Assembly: GCA_027490575.1 (NCBI GenBank)
Contig: JAIXXV010000032.1
Coordinates: 13,211-77,210 of the forward strand
Reading direction: 5' to 3'
Length of the DNA: 64,000 bases
Source: a bacterium
Lineage (GTDB): Bacteria > Patescibacteriota > Minisyncoccia > Phycocordibacterales > CAIZLB01
The notes under the pieces are model-generated. The model had not been told where the DNA came from. It worked only from the letters and a program-made list of their open reading frames with translations, and ran no database searches. Shown piece after piece: positions 28,449 through 37,114 of this stretch. How positions within the stretch are numbered: position 1 is the first letter of the stretch; the number at the start of each line of letters is the position of its first letter. Position numbers and translations under genes: made by a program.

Positions 28449-30569
28449 ATGAACAATAAAAGAATAGGTACAATATCCCTAAACTCCAAGGGAAAAGGCT
28501 TCGTCGAGATAGAGGGTCAGGAGCTAGATATACCGGTAGAGCCTAGGGACATATCTACAGCGCTTCCAAGCGACACAGTTGAGATAGAGCTATACAGCGG
28601 TTTTAGAGGCGCTGAATACGGCAAAGTACTTCGGGTGATAGAGCGCAAGAAAACCCAGTACGTAGGGACGATCATAAAGGGTGAAAATACGTCTTGGTAC
28701 AACCAGGACCCTGAAAGCTATGCCGACCTAAAAGATGTTTTGGTTTTGGCACCAGATGACAAGAGGGCTAATATAATCATTAAGATAGATCAAGATGGTT
28801 TCGAAGACGAATCTCATGACAAAGACATCGCGCTTACGGGTGCTGGCGCAGTCATAAACAATGTCACCAAGCACGAGATACGTGAGAGCTTTAAAGCTAT
28901 AGCAAAAATAGACCTTGAGACATGGTCAGATAGAGATGGTCGAGTTCCTCATGGATACATCACTAGGGTTATTGGAGAAAAAGGCGAAAACAATGCCGAA
29001 ATGGAGTCTATAGTACTAGAAAGAGGTTTTGATACGACTTTCTCATCAGAGGTTATCAGAGAGGCCGAGGAAGCTGCCAAGGACTATAGTTCTCTATCCC
29101 CTTCTGCAGAAGAGCTGTCTTCGAGAAGAGACATGCGAGGAGTATTCACATGTACTATCGACCCATTTGATGCAAAAGACTTCGACGATGCTCTTTCCAT
29201 AAGAGTTCTTTCTGACTCAGAGAAAAAGGCTTGGTCTGACGAGACGAAGAGTTATAGTGGTACGGACTTACCTGAGGCTCATTTTGAAATAGGTATACAC
29301 ATCGCTGACGTTGCACACTATGTACGTCCCGGGACTGCACTTGATATGGAAGCAAGACGTAGAGCTTTTTCTGTGTACTTAGTAGATAGAACTATCCCTA
29401 TGCTTCCATCAGTACTTTCAAATGGTATGTGTAGTCTAAACCCGCATGAGGATAGATTCGCATTTTCTACTATTTTCCTGATGACAAAAGACGGGCGTAT
29501 TTTGGACAAATGGTTTGGGCGGACAATCATTTACTCAGATAGACGTTTTTCATACGAAGAGGCCCAAGATGTTTTAAATGGCAAACTAGAAAGTGAATAT
29601 GCACAGCAGATAAAAGATTTTGACCATATTGCAAAGATAATGCAAAAGCAAAGAAAAGATAAAGGTTCTATCGACTTTGAGACAACTGAGATAAAGTTCA
29701 AACTAGACGAGCAAGGTCGCCCTATAGCTGTATACAAAAAAGAAAGACTTGATGCTCACAGACTTGTAGAAGAATACATGCTCTTGGCCAACAGAGAAGT
29801 TGCCGAGTATATCTCAAAGAAAAATAAAGAAATAAAAACTGAAAAAGCTGGAGTATACCGTGTCCACAATTCACCAGACTTTGAAAGACTTACTGACCTT
29901 GGTATCTTTGTGAGAGCACTAGGATTTGAATTTCATCCAACCAAAAACATTACCCCTAAGGACGTACAGAAGCTTCTCAGTGACGTTGAAGGTTCGCCTG
30001 CCGAAGCCGTCATCAAAGTAGCAACTCTACGCTCTATGGCAAAGGCCACTTATGCTACTTCCAACACTGGTCACTTTGGACTAGCTTTTGATTTCTACAC
30101 CCAGTTCACTTCACCTATCAGACGTTACCCTGACTTGATGGTTCACCGTATTCTTGCCCTGCTACTAGAAGGTAAAGTTGTACCGCACCAGATGGCTATA
30201 ACACTTGAAAAGATATGTCTCGACTCATCAAAACGTGAAGTAGAGGCCGCCGATGCAGAACGCGCATCTGTAAAGTACAAACAAGTAGAGTTTATGATGA
30301 ATAAGATTGGTCAGACTTTCGAAGCAACAGTTTCTGGTATCTCTGATTGGGGTATGTATGTTGAGGAGCCTGAGTCAAAAGCAGAAGGTCTCATAAGACT
30401 TAAGGACCTAAAACCTGACGACTTCTACAGCGTAGATCAAAAGAACTACAAGATCATTGGTCAAAATACTAAAAAGGAATTCAATATTGGTGACAAGATA
30501 ACTGTAAAATTAGTTAGTGCTGACTTGGATGCGAAGATGTTGGATTTTCAGGTTGTGACTCAAAGCTAA
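28449..30569 (+). CDS. rnr: ribonuclease R (RNB-family 3'-5' exoribonuclease)
   Basis: N-terminal OB folds, RNB catalytic domain (TIDPFDAKDFDDALS), C-terminal S1 domain. Confidence 0.9.
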   Translation: MNNKRIGTISLNSKGKGFVEIEGQELDIPVEPRDISTALPSDTVEIELYSGFRGAEYGKVLRVIERKKTQYVGTIIKGENTSWYNQDPESYADLKDVLVLAPDDKRANIIIKIDQDGFEDESHDKDIALTGAGAVINNVTKHEIRESFKAIAKIDLETWSDRDGRVPHGYITRVIGEKGENNAEMESIVLERGFDTTFSSEVIREAEEAAKDYSSLSPSAEELSSRRDMRGVFTCTIDPFDAKDFDDALSIRVLSDSEKKAWSDETKSYSGTDLPEAHFEIGIHIADVAHYVRPGTALDMEARRRAFSVYLVDRTIPMLPSVLSNGMCSLNPHEDRFAFSTIFLMTKDGRILDKWFGRTIIYSDRRFSYEEAQDVLNGKLESEYAQQIKDFDHIAKIMQKQRKDKGSIDFETTEIKFKLDEQGRPIAVYKKERLDAHRLVEEYMLLANREVAEYISKKNKEIKTEKAGVYRVHNSPDFERLTDLGIFVRALGFEFHPTKNITPKDVQKLLSDVEGSPAEAVIKVATLRSMAKATYATSNTGHFGLAFDFYTQFTSPIRRYPDLMVHRILALLLEGKVVPHQMAITLEKICLDSSKREVEAADAERASVKYKQVEFMMNKIGQTFEATVSGISDWGMYVEEPESKAEGLIRLKDLKPDDFYSVDQKNYKIIGQNTKKEFNIGDKITVKLVSADLDAKMLDFQVVTQS

Positions 30570-30730
30570 TATTTTCCAAGAAGAGATACTAGCTTGACGA
30601 TTTTATGCCGTTGAGTATTATGTAGGTGTAAAGCTAGTATATTTTGATTGGGGCGAAGAGCAGAAAATCGGCTCGGCTGCCAGCGACTCATTCATGAGTT
30701 ATGCGATGGAGGAATTGCCGACCTCCCACC

Positions 30731-31015
30731 TCAATCAATCTGTATTAGCTTTTTGAATTTCCTACGTGTATATTTTATATCGACAATCATTGCAGTTACA
30801 GCGCTGTTTATTCCATTTACTTCGATTACCACACCTACGTACCTGTCATTCACTCTAGACACCAGTATAAACCTTCTTTTGGCTAGGTCTTTTAAACTTT
30901 TTTTATCACTTATATATATTTCACTACAATTGTTTAATGTGTTTTGAATATTGTTAATTAAATATTCATGTACAACATGTTTACACATAATATGATTCAG
31001 TGTTCTACCAGACAT
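30731..31015 (-). CDS. hypothetical small ORF in an AT-rich spacer (weak RelE/ParE-like C-terminal pattern)
   Basis: 94-aa ORF; ...RFILVSRVNDRYVGVVIEVNGINSAVTAMIVDIKYTRRKF; no RBS; overlapped by an antisense ORF of similar size. Confidence 0.2.
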   Translation of the reverse strand: MSGRTLNHIMCKHVVHEYLINNIQNTLNNCSEIYISDKKSLKDLAKRRFILVSRVNDRYVGVVIEVNGINSAVTAMIVDIKYTRRKFKKLIQID

Positions 31016-31252
31016 GTATAAACTATGCCTTTTAATTTTAAACTTTAATTACACTGGTTGACAACTCAAACTCACTATCATTTTCTTTACACATCAAAAA
31101 ATACTACCGCCATGTGTATTAAGAAAACTTGAAGGAAATATAAATAAAAAAGCAGATACTAGAGGATCCAACAGACTGGAGCCTATTGTTTCTTAGTATC
31201 CGCCTTGGGCGAGGGTTGTTAGTGTTGGGATGACTGCTCCACCTATGTGGAT

Positions 31253-31666
31253 TTAGATCCGTTGCAGAACTGACTTGGATGTTACTTTACCAGCTAATCC
31301 GAGAGAGAACCAGCGGTCAATTTTCAACGCCGCCTCGTGAGTGTCGCATTTTTCCATCACGGCAACGAAATCAAGTTGGTTACCACGGCACCTACATGCA
31401 TGGTTGTGACAGACCCAGCGATTCCTGGAGAGAGTCACTTTAAATACGTTTCCGCTATCGCCTGGGTGAATAGGACAAGGACCAACCAGACTACTGCCAT
31501 TGCGAGTTGGCTGCATTTTTGATTTGAAGCCGTAGTATCCCAACAACCTCTCTAGGGATACAGCGGCCTTAACCGCTTTAAGATCAATAGATATTCTCTT
31601 CATATACAGAACGAACAATTTGAGTTTATTGGGTATCTGCACTTTACAGACACTTCCACTACTCAT
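31253..31666 (-). CDS. standalone CHC2-type zinc-finger protein (DnaG-primase-like zinc-binding domain only)
   Basis: GPCPIHPGDSGNVFKV...WVCHNHACRCRGNQLDFV matches zf-CHC2 (CPFH...C.GCg..Gd.i.Fv); ATGA overlap with the upstream NUDIX gene; GC about 50%. Confidence 0.65.
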   Translation of the reverse strand: MSSGSVCKVQIPNKLKLFVLYMKRISIDLKAVKAAVSLERLLGYYGFKSKMQPTRNGSSLVGPCPIHPGDSGNVFKVTLSRNRWVCHNHACRCRGNQLDFVAVMEKCDTHEAALKIDRWFSLGLAGKVTSKSVLQRI

Positions 31667-32151
31667 ATTACCAGACCGTTGGCTTTATGTAAATTTGACA
31701 CCGGAGAAATGGATTGAAGGATTAACTCTTTATGTGATGGAATTAATCCGTCAGGAAGGTTGTTTAAGTTGAAAAATTCCGCTTCGATTATTTCCTTAGG
31801 ATCAAGCAATTGTGTTCCACCGGTGAGCCGTGCAACGAATGTAATCTCCAGACGCAATTTAAAGCCACTTTTAATTCGTAGTAATCGCTCCACATGAACC
31901 TCGTACCCAGTTTCTTCCTTTAACTCTCGTTGGACAGTCTGTTCTATTGTTTCGCCGGAAATTGCATACCCACTCGGTAACCCCCAAGAACCGGATTTCC
32001 AAAAACGGTGCCTTAAAAGTAAAATCCGACCATCATTATCAAACACCACTGCCGATGTACCTAAAATAAATTTTGAATGGAAAATCCAAAGTATTCTCCA
32101 CTGAAGATATCCTCCCATTTTTCTCCAAAAAGTTGCTAGTGTTGAATACAT
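31663..32151 (-). CDS. NUDIX hydrolase
   Basis: Nudix box GLPSGYAISGETIEQTVQRELKEETGY. Confidence 0.75.
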   Translation of the reverse strand: MYSTLATFWRKMGGYLQWRILWIFHSKFILGTSAVVFDNDGRILLLRHRFWKSGSWGLPSGYAISGETIEQTVQRELKEETGYEVHVERLLRIKSGFKLRLEITFVARLTGGTQLLDPKEIIEAEFFNLNNLPDGLIPSHKELILQSISPVSNLHKANGLVI

Positions 32152-32160
32152 GGTGGTAAT

Positions 32161-34515
32161 TTATTTAGCAACCGCCACCGCCTCATCAAAAGCTATAGAC
32201 AACAACTTAGAGTATCCCTCACCTCCCATCGTCACTCCGTATATAACACCAGCACGTGACATTGTCTCTCTATTGTGAGTTATAAGTATAAGCTGTGAAT
32301 GTTTAGACAAAGCCTCAATCATATCTCCATACTTTCTAGAGTTAGCCTCGTCGAGCGCTGCGTCTGTTTCATCTAGTATTACAAATGGTGGTGGATTTAC
32401 CTGTGACATTGCAAAGAGTAGTGCAATAGATGTTAGCGCTCGTTCACCTCCTGAGAGCATTGTAAGTCCCTTTATGCGTTTATGTGGCAAAGAAACATTG
32501 ATCTCAATACCTTCTTCGGCCGGTTCGTCACCATCTAGCTCTTCAGCAAGAGCAACTGACAAGTCACCACTGTCATCCTCCAGGTCACCCTTCTTTTTCT
32601 TTCGCTTTATTTCTTTTATGAGTTTAAGCTCGGCTGTACCACCTCCAAACATTAGTCCAAAAAACTTTCCAAACTCTTTATTGATTTTAGAAATACCATC
32701 CTTGAAAAGTTCACTGAGTTTTTGATTTAACTCATCTATCAGAAGTTTCAATGATTCTGAAGAAGTTATCAAATCTTGTAGCTCTTTCGCCAAGAAAATA
32801 TCCCTTTCCTCCGCATCTTTGTATTCTCGAACTATATCGTCGCCTCCACCGCCACCCATTTCCTCAAGTCTGATCTTTGATTTTTCCACAGCACGTCTTC
32901 TATCCACTTGGGCATGTCTATCTTCGACAACAGAGAAGTCAACTTCGGCGTTTTCATAATCCACAGCGTCTCTACCAACAAGCATGTGCGCCTCTTGTAT
33001 TTCACTTTTAAATTCTTCCTCCTCAACTCGAAGTCTTTCTTCTTTGGCCTTTACGGTCTCTATATGAGAATGTAACTCATTTTGCTTGGACATTATCACA
33101 AGTACAGCCTTTTCACTTTCAACATTCTTATCACGTTCTTTGTCTATATCCACTTTTATCTGTGTATATCTTTCTGATTGCTTTAATTCTTCTTCAGAAA
33201 ATGTTCTGAGTTTTTCCTCAAGAGTTTTCATTTCCTCGGATATGCGCTTTATCTCAGCTTCCTCTGTCTCAGTGCTGTTTTGCGGCTTCTCAACGTGATC
33301 TGATTCTTTGTGATAATTTACAAAACTACTAATACGCTCATGAATATCTTGGATAGATTGTTTTACGTAAGCCAATCTTTGTTCTGGAGATGCATTTGCA
33401 TGATCACCAATGCCGTCTATGGCTTCCAGAGCAACAGTTGCTTTGACGTCTATATCTTTTTGAATGAGCTCCACATCTTTCAAGTAGACTTGCTTAGTAC
33501 TTTGCACATCAATGTGGTTTTCTGACTCCTTTATCTTTTTATCTATAACTCTTTTTAGATATGAAATCTCACCTTCTAGTCGCCCTATCTCCCTGGTGCA
33601 AGAGTCTTTCTTGGCTCTAGTATCTCGCATCTCTTGCTCAAGTGACAAGAGTCCAGACATACTACTGCTTTGCCCTAGGTTGGCCTTTGCTTCATCCAGT
33701 ATAGACTTGTGGTGAACTAGCTCTTGGTGCAACTTTTCTAGCTCTTCTTGCGGAGCTTTCTTTTCATTTGACAGTCTAGCTTTCTCCATTTTTATATAAT
33801 GATTTTCACGAGCAAAATACTCTTTGTACATACCAACCAACTCTTGGCGCAAAACCACAGCCTTTTCAATCTTCTCCACCTGCTTCTTCAAAAATTTTAT
33901 ATGTGGTGCGATCTCACGCCTAAGTGACTCAATCTCTTTGATGTGATTACCCGTTTTCTCTAGCTTCTTTTCACTTTCTTGTTTTTTGTATTGATACACC
34001 TTTAGACCTAGTGCATCCTCTATCATCTCTCGCCTATCTTTTGGTTGAGCTGACAAAAGTCTATCAGCTTCACCTTGCGAAATGATATGGTGACCAGACG
34101 AGCCTATATTGGCATAAGCCAAAAGCTCCACGACATCTTTTAGTCGCACAAGCGTGCCGTTTATAAAATACTCATTAACACCATCTCTATGGACCACACG
34201 CTCTATAGAAATCTCATCGAAGTCCATGTTGAACATCCGGTTCGTATTATCGAAAACAACTTTCACTGACGCCCTGTTTGCACGCGCACTGTCCTTACCT
34301 CCGTTGAAGATAAGATCCTCGCCTTTTTTCCCTCTCATAGACTTGAGTGATTGCTCACCAAGCACAAAACGAAAAGACTCCGCCACATTTGACTTACCCG
34401 AGCCGTTTGGACCAACAATAGATGTTATAGGAGAAGTGAAGGTCAAAGATCCCTTTTTTGAAAATGATTTGAATCCGTTTATTTCTAGGGATTTTAGACG
34501 TGAGACGAAGGACAT
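32161..34515 (-). CDS. smc: SMC-family chromosome partition ATPase (short form, about 785 aa)
   Basis: N-terminal Walker A (GPNGSGKSN) after MSFVSRLKSLEINGFKSF; long coiled coils; C-terminal signature LSGGERALTSIALLFA and Walker B ILDETDAALD. Confidence 0.8.
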   Translation of the reverse strand: MSFVSRLKSLEINGFKSFSKKGSLTFTSPITSIVGPNGSGKSNVAESFRFVLGEQSLKSMRGKKGEDLIFNGGKDSARANRASVKVVFDNTNRMFNMDFDEISIERVVHRDGVNEYFINGTLVRLKDVVELLAYANIGSSGHHIISQGEADRLLSAQPKDRREMIEDALGLKVYQYKKQESEKKLEKTGNHIKEIESLRREIAPHIKFLKKQVEKIEKAVVLRQELVGMYKEYFARENHYIKMEKARLSNEKKAPQEELEKLHQELVHHKSILDEAKANLGQSSSMSGLLSLEQEMRDTRAKKDSCTREIGRLEGEISYLKRVIDKKIKESENHIDVQSTKQVYLKDVELIQKDIDVKATVALEAIDGIGDHANASPEQRLAYVKQSIQDIHERISSFVNYHKESDHVEKPQNSTETEEAEIKRISEEMKTLEEKLRTFSEEELKQSERYTQIKVDIDKERDKNVESEKAVLVIMSKQNELHSHIETVKAKEERLRVEEEEFKSEIQEAHMLVGRDAVDYENAEVDFSVVEDRHAQVDRRRAVEKSKIRLEEMGGGGGDDIVREYKDAEERDIFLAKELQDLITSSESLKLLIDELNQKLSELFKDGISKINKEFGKFFGLMFGGGTAELKLIKEIKRKKKKGDLEDDSGDLSVALAEELDGDEPAEEGIEINVSLPHKRIKGLTMLSGGERALTSIALLFAMSQVNPPPFVILDETDAALDEANSRKYGDMIEALSKHSQLILITHNRETMSRAGVIYGVTMGGEGYSKLLSIAFDEAVAVAK

Positions 34516-34520
34516 GGTTT

Positions 34521-34575
34521 TACAGTTATCAGTTAGCAATTAACAGTTAAAGAATTAAGAAATCAATAGTTAATC
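34521..34575. repeat. 7-nt periodic CAGNTAN-family array in the smc 5' leader
   Basis: CAGTTAT CAGTTAG CAATTAA CAGTTAA AGAATTA AGAAATC on the plus strand, adjoining the smc start codon region. Confidence 0.6.
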
Positions 34576-34655
34576 CAATGTTGATTGTTGGCTATATTTT
34601 AGCATCTTTGAAGGAGGATACAAAGGAGGGTTTGCGCTAATTTAAAAGTTAATGA

Positions 34656-35348
34656 CTACACCTCCCATCCCTTCAACTGTATAGCCTTCTGCGCCGCATC
34701 TTGTTCAGCCTCTTGTTTAGATTTACCCTCACCTGTTGTCACTAAGTCATCTTTCAAGTAAACACCAACTGTAAAAACTTTGTTGTGGTCTGGACCGATT
34801 TCTTTGATGATTTTATAAGATGGTGTTATAGCTGTTTTTTCTTGAGCTAATTCTTGGAAAAAACTTTTTGAGTCTATGAACTTTCTCTCAGCAATCATAT
34901 CGTCTGTAAGATCAAATAGCTGGCTGGCAACGAAGTCACGAGCTTTGTCATAACCACTGTCTATATATATGGCACCAATGATAGCCTCGAAAGCATTTGC
35001 AAGTATAAACTGCCTAGCGCGTCCCGTATCTTTTGCCTCACCTTTTGAAAGCATCATGAAAGAGTTCACGCCAAGCTTTTCAGCTGCAGTTGCCAATGTA
35101 TTTGAGTTAACCAGAGCCGATCTGTACGCAGTCAAATCACCTTCTGGCTTATCAGGGTACTTGTTGTATAGATAATCAGTGATGACGAGTTCGAGTACAG
35201 CATCACCCAAAAACTCCAGACGCTCATTGTGCTCCAGCTTTGTGTTTTTATTTTCGTTTAGATATGAACGATGGATAAATGCTTGCCTAAGCAAGTCTTT
35301 ATTGTTGAATTCTATAGCTATACTTTTTTCGAATATATTGAAATCCAT
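34656..35348 (-). CDS. rnc: ribonuclease III
   Basis: ERLEFLGDAVLELVITDYLY RNase III signature plus a C-terminal dsRBD. Confidence 0.9.
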   Translation of the reverse strand: MDFNIFEKSIAIEFNNKDLLRQAFIHRSYLNENKNTKLEHNERLEFLGDAVLELVITDYLYNKYPDKPEGDLTAYRSALVNSNTLATAAEKLGVNSFMMLSKGEAKDTGRARQFILANAFEAIIGAIYIDSGYDKARDFVASQLFDLTDDMIAERKFIDSKSFFQELAQEKTAITPSYKIIKEIGPDHNKVFTVGVYLKDDLVTTGEGKSKQEAEQDAAQKAIQLKGWEV

Positions 35349-35398
35349 TTTGTTAATTCGTATTTATATTTTTGTTTGTTTTTGTCTTTTGTCGGGCC

Positions 35399-35446
35399 AA
35401 CTGTTAACTGCTATCTGATATCTGTCATCTGACACCTGTTAAGCTA
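35399..35446. repeat. 7-nt periodic array (CAG phase on the minus strand)
   Basis: Plus strand CTGTTAA CTGCTAT CTGATAT CTGTCAT CTGACAC CTGTTAA between the nusB-nudix stop and rnc. Confidence 0.6.
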
Positions 35447-36362
35447 CCACGTTCTGTTTTTTAAGCAATATCTGTACCGCCTTCGTAACTATTGGCAAAA
35501 TGTCATTATAAAAATTGAGCGTTAGTAGATCTTTTGCATTAAACCACCTTGCATCTGTTAGTCCTCCACTGGTTCCAAGTGTAAGCGGTATAAAGTCGGA
35601 CTTTGCCAGGTAGTAACAAACTTGCTTTCGAATCTTGCCATCTTCTGGATGAGATGCAATGTACTCATTGTTAGCCAACTCTTCCTCTATCTCAATATCT
35701 ATACCCATCTCCTCCTTAATCTCACGCATGATGCCATCTTTCATATCTTCGTCACCTTCTAATTTACCTTTTGATAGAGTCCAGTGCCCAAAAACATCAT
35801 GAACTAGAGCGAACTGCATCTCACCATCGTGCATGGCATATACCACAGCACCTCCTAGTTTTTGTATTGGCATTTCTTCATAAGGAACTTCCTTTTTCTC
35901 CTTTTTTTGCTTTTTTGTAGAAACCTCCTCCTTTCCTGGCTCGCCCATCTCTTTGTAGACAGCACCGAGTACTCCGTTTACGAACTTGCCGGATGTTTCC
36001 CCTCCGAAAGACTTCGCCAGCTCAATAGCCTCGTTGATGGCCACTTTAGCTGGTACCTCCTTCCTATCGCCAAAAATTAGCTCAAAAAGGCCTATTCTGA
36101 GCACATTTCGATCAACTATCGCAATCTTGGGTATTGGCCACTCAGGAGCTGCTTTTTCAATGATTAGGTCTATTTCAGGGTTCTTTTTAACCACACCATC
36201 TACAATGTTTTTAATAAACGAAAAATCGCCCATACCAGGAGCGAATTCTTCAACATTTCTTTGAACAATTTCACCAACAACAGCAGAGTCTGAAATACCT
36301 CGAAAGTCTCTTTCGAAAAGTGATTGTAGTGCTATTGATCGTGAAAGGTGCCTATTTGCCAT
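35439..36362 (-). CDS. nusB: NusB (transcription antitermination factor) fused to a C-terminal NUDIX hydrolase domain
   Basis: N-terminal about 140 aa NusB (KVAINEAIELAKSFGGETSGKFVNGVLGAV, near-identical to the E. coli NusB core), a Lys/Glu-rich linker, then Nudix box GHWTLSKGKLEGDEDMKDGIMREIKEEMGI. Confidence 0.8.
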   Translation of the reverse strand: MANRHLSRSIALQSLFERDFRGISDSAVVGEIVQRNVEEFAPGMGDFSFIKNIVDGVVKKNPEIDLIIEKAAPEWPIPKIAIVDRNVLRIGLFELIFGDRKEVPAKVAINEAIELAKSFGGETSGKFVNGVLGAVYKEMGEPGKEEVSTKKQKKEKKEVPYEEMPIQKLGGAVVYAMHDGEMQFALVHDVFGHWTLSKGKLEGDEDMKDGIMREIKEEMGIDIEIEEELANNEYIASHPEDGKIRKQVCYYLAKSDFIPLTLGTSGGLTDARWFNAKDLLTLNFYNDILPIVTKAVQILLKKQNVVA

Positions 36363-36447
36363 ATCAAAGATATATTTTTGTAACCAACCGAATATACTTT
36401 TAGTATATATTAAGTCGTATTGTTTATCAACCGTCTATATCAACCGC

Positions 36448-36678
36448 TTACTTTGTCTTTGTAGTCTTTTTAGCTTTACTTGTGACTTCTGCTTTGTCAG
36501 CTTTAGCTTGAATACCTAGAATATCTTTCCCTTTGTAAAAACCACAATGAGAACATGCGAGGTGTTTCTTCTTCGGCTGACCACATTTTTCACATAGGAT
36601 AAAGCCTACTCCAGAAAGGGCGTGGTGACTTCTTCGGTTCCGAGTGTGACCTCGGGTATGTCGCATTTGATTTACCAT
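36448..36678 (-). CDS. rpmF: 50S ribosomal protein L32
   Basis: TRGHTRNRRSHHAL...CEKCGQPKKKHLACSHCGFY zinc-ribbon L32 pattern. Confidence 0.85.
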   Translation of the reverse strand: MVNQMRHTRGHTRNRRSHHALSGVGFILCEKCGQPKKKHLACSHCGFYKGKDILGIQAKADKAEVTSKAKKTTKTK

Positions 36679-36783
36679 AGATGACTATTATACTGATTTT
36701 AAGAAGGTTTGCAACAGGGCCAATGCGCTTGGTATTACGCGCGCATTTCCACGAGTTTTTCAGCGTACTTAGGAGTATTTGCA

Positions 36784-36817
36784 TAAAAAAAGGCTCTCCG
36801 GTACTGGACCGGGAGCC
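36784..36817 (-). terminator. rho-independent terminator (minus strand)
   Basis: Minus strand GGCTCCCGG-TCCAGTA-CCGGAGAGCC followed by TTTTTTTAT. Confidence 0.6.
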
Positions 36818-36898
36818 TAGGGGTTGATTAGGGCGAAATTCAATCATTATTTGTGAGACTTGGCTCAATGATTGGTTTCTATGTTCTTAGAAAAACTA

Positions 36899-37087
36899 TC
36901 AGCTTGCTCGGCCAGGCCTGCGACGAATGTGCCCGCCTGGGTTATCACGTTCGTCCAGGTAGTGAACCACCCTGTCGTGCTCGTTTCTTGGTGTACGCGG
37001 CCGCTTGTGGCCGTTTCTTGGATTCCGCTTTAACTGACGTCCTTGTGCCATACGATTTCCTTTTTTTTCGATTTTATGTGTGACCAT
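36899..37087 (-). CDS. hypothetical small Arg-rich basic protein (62 aa) in a GC-rich (about 58%) segment; alternatively part of a structured RNA
   Basis: AGGAG RBS 6 nt upstream of the ATG at 37087, 27 nt after the rnhB stop; MVTHKIEKKGNRMAQGRQLKRNPRNGHKRPRTPRNEHDR...; codon usage atypical for this genome. Confidence 0.3.
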   Translation of the reverse strand: MVTHKIEKKGNRMAQGRQLKRNPRNGHKRPRTPRNEHDRVVHYLDERDNPGGHIRRRPGRAS

Positions 37088-37114
37088 TGTCGACTCCTGC
37101 TACCAAGCAGAAAT

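Noticed and set aside
36853-37083. 76-aa plus-strand ORF in the GC-rich element
   Set aside because: No RBS, Cys/Arg-rich low-complexity translation, antisense to the better-supported (RBS-preceded) minus-strand ORF; GC-rich DNA leaves frames open by chance
36899-37087. Calling the 62-aa basic ORF ribosomal protein L34 (rpmH)
   Set aside because: Only a faint LKRN…H.R pattern in common with L34; spacing and length do not fit, and the genomic context (rnhB-rpmF, not rnpA) does not support it
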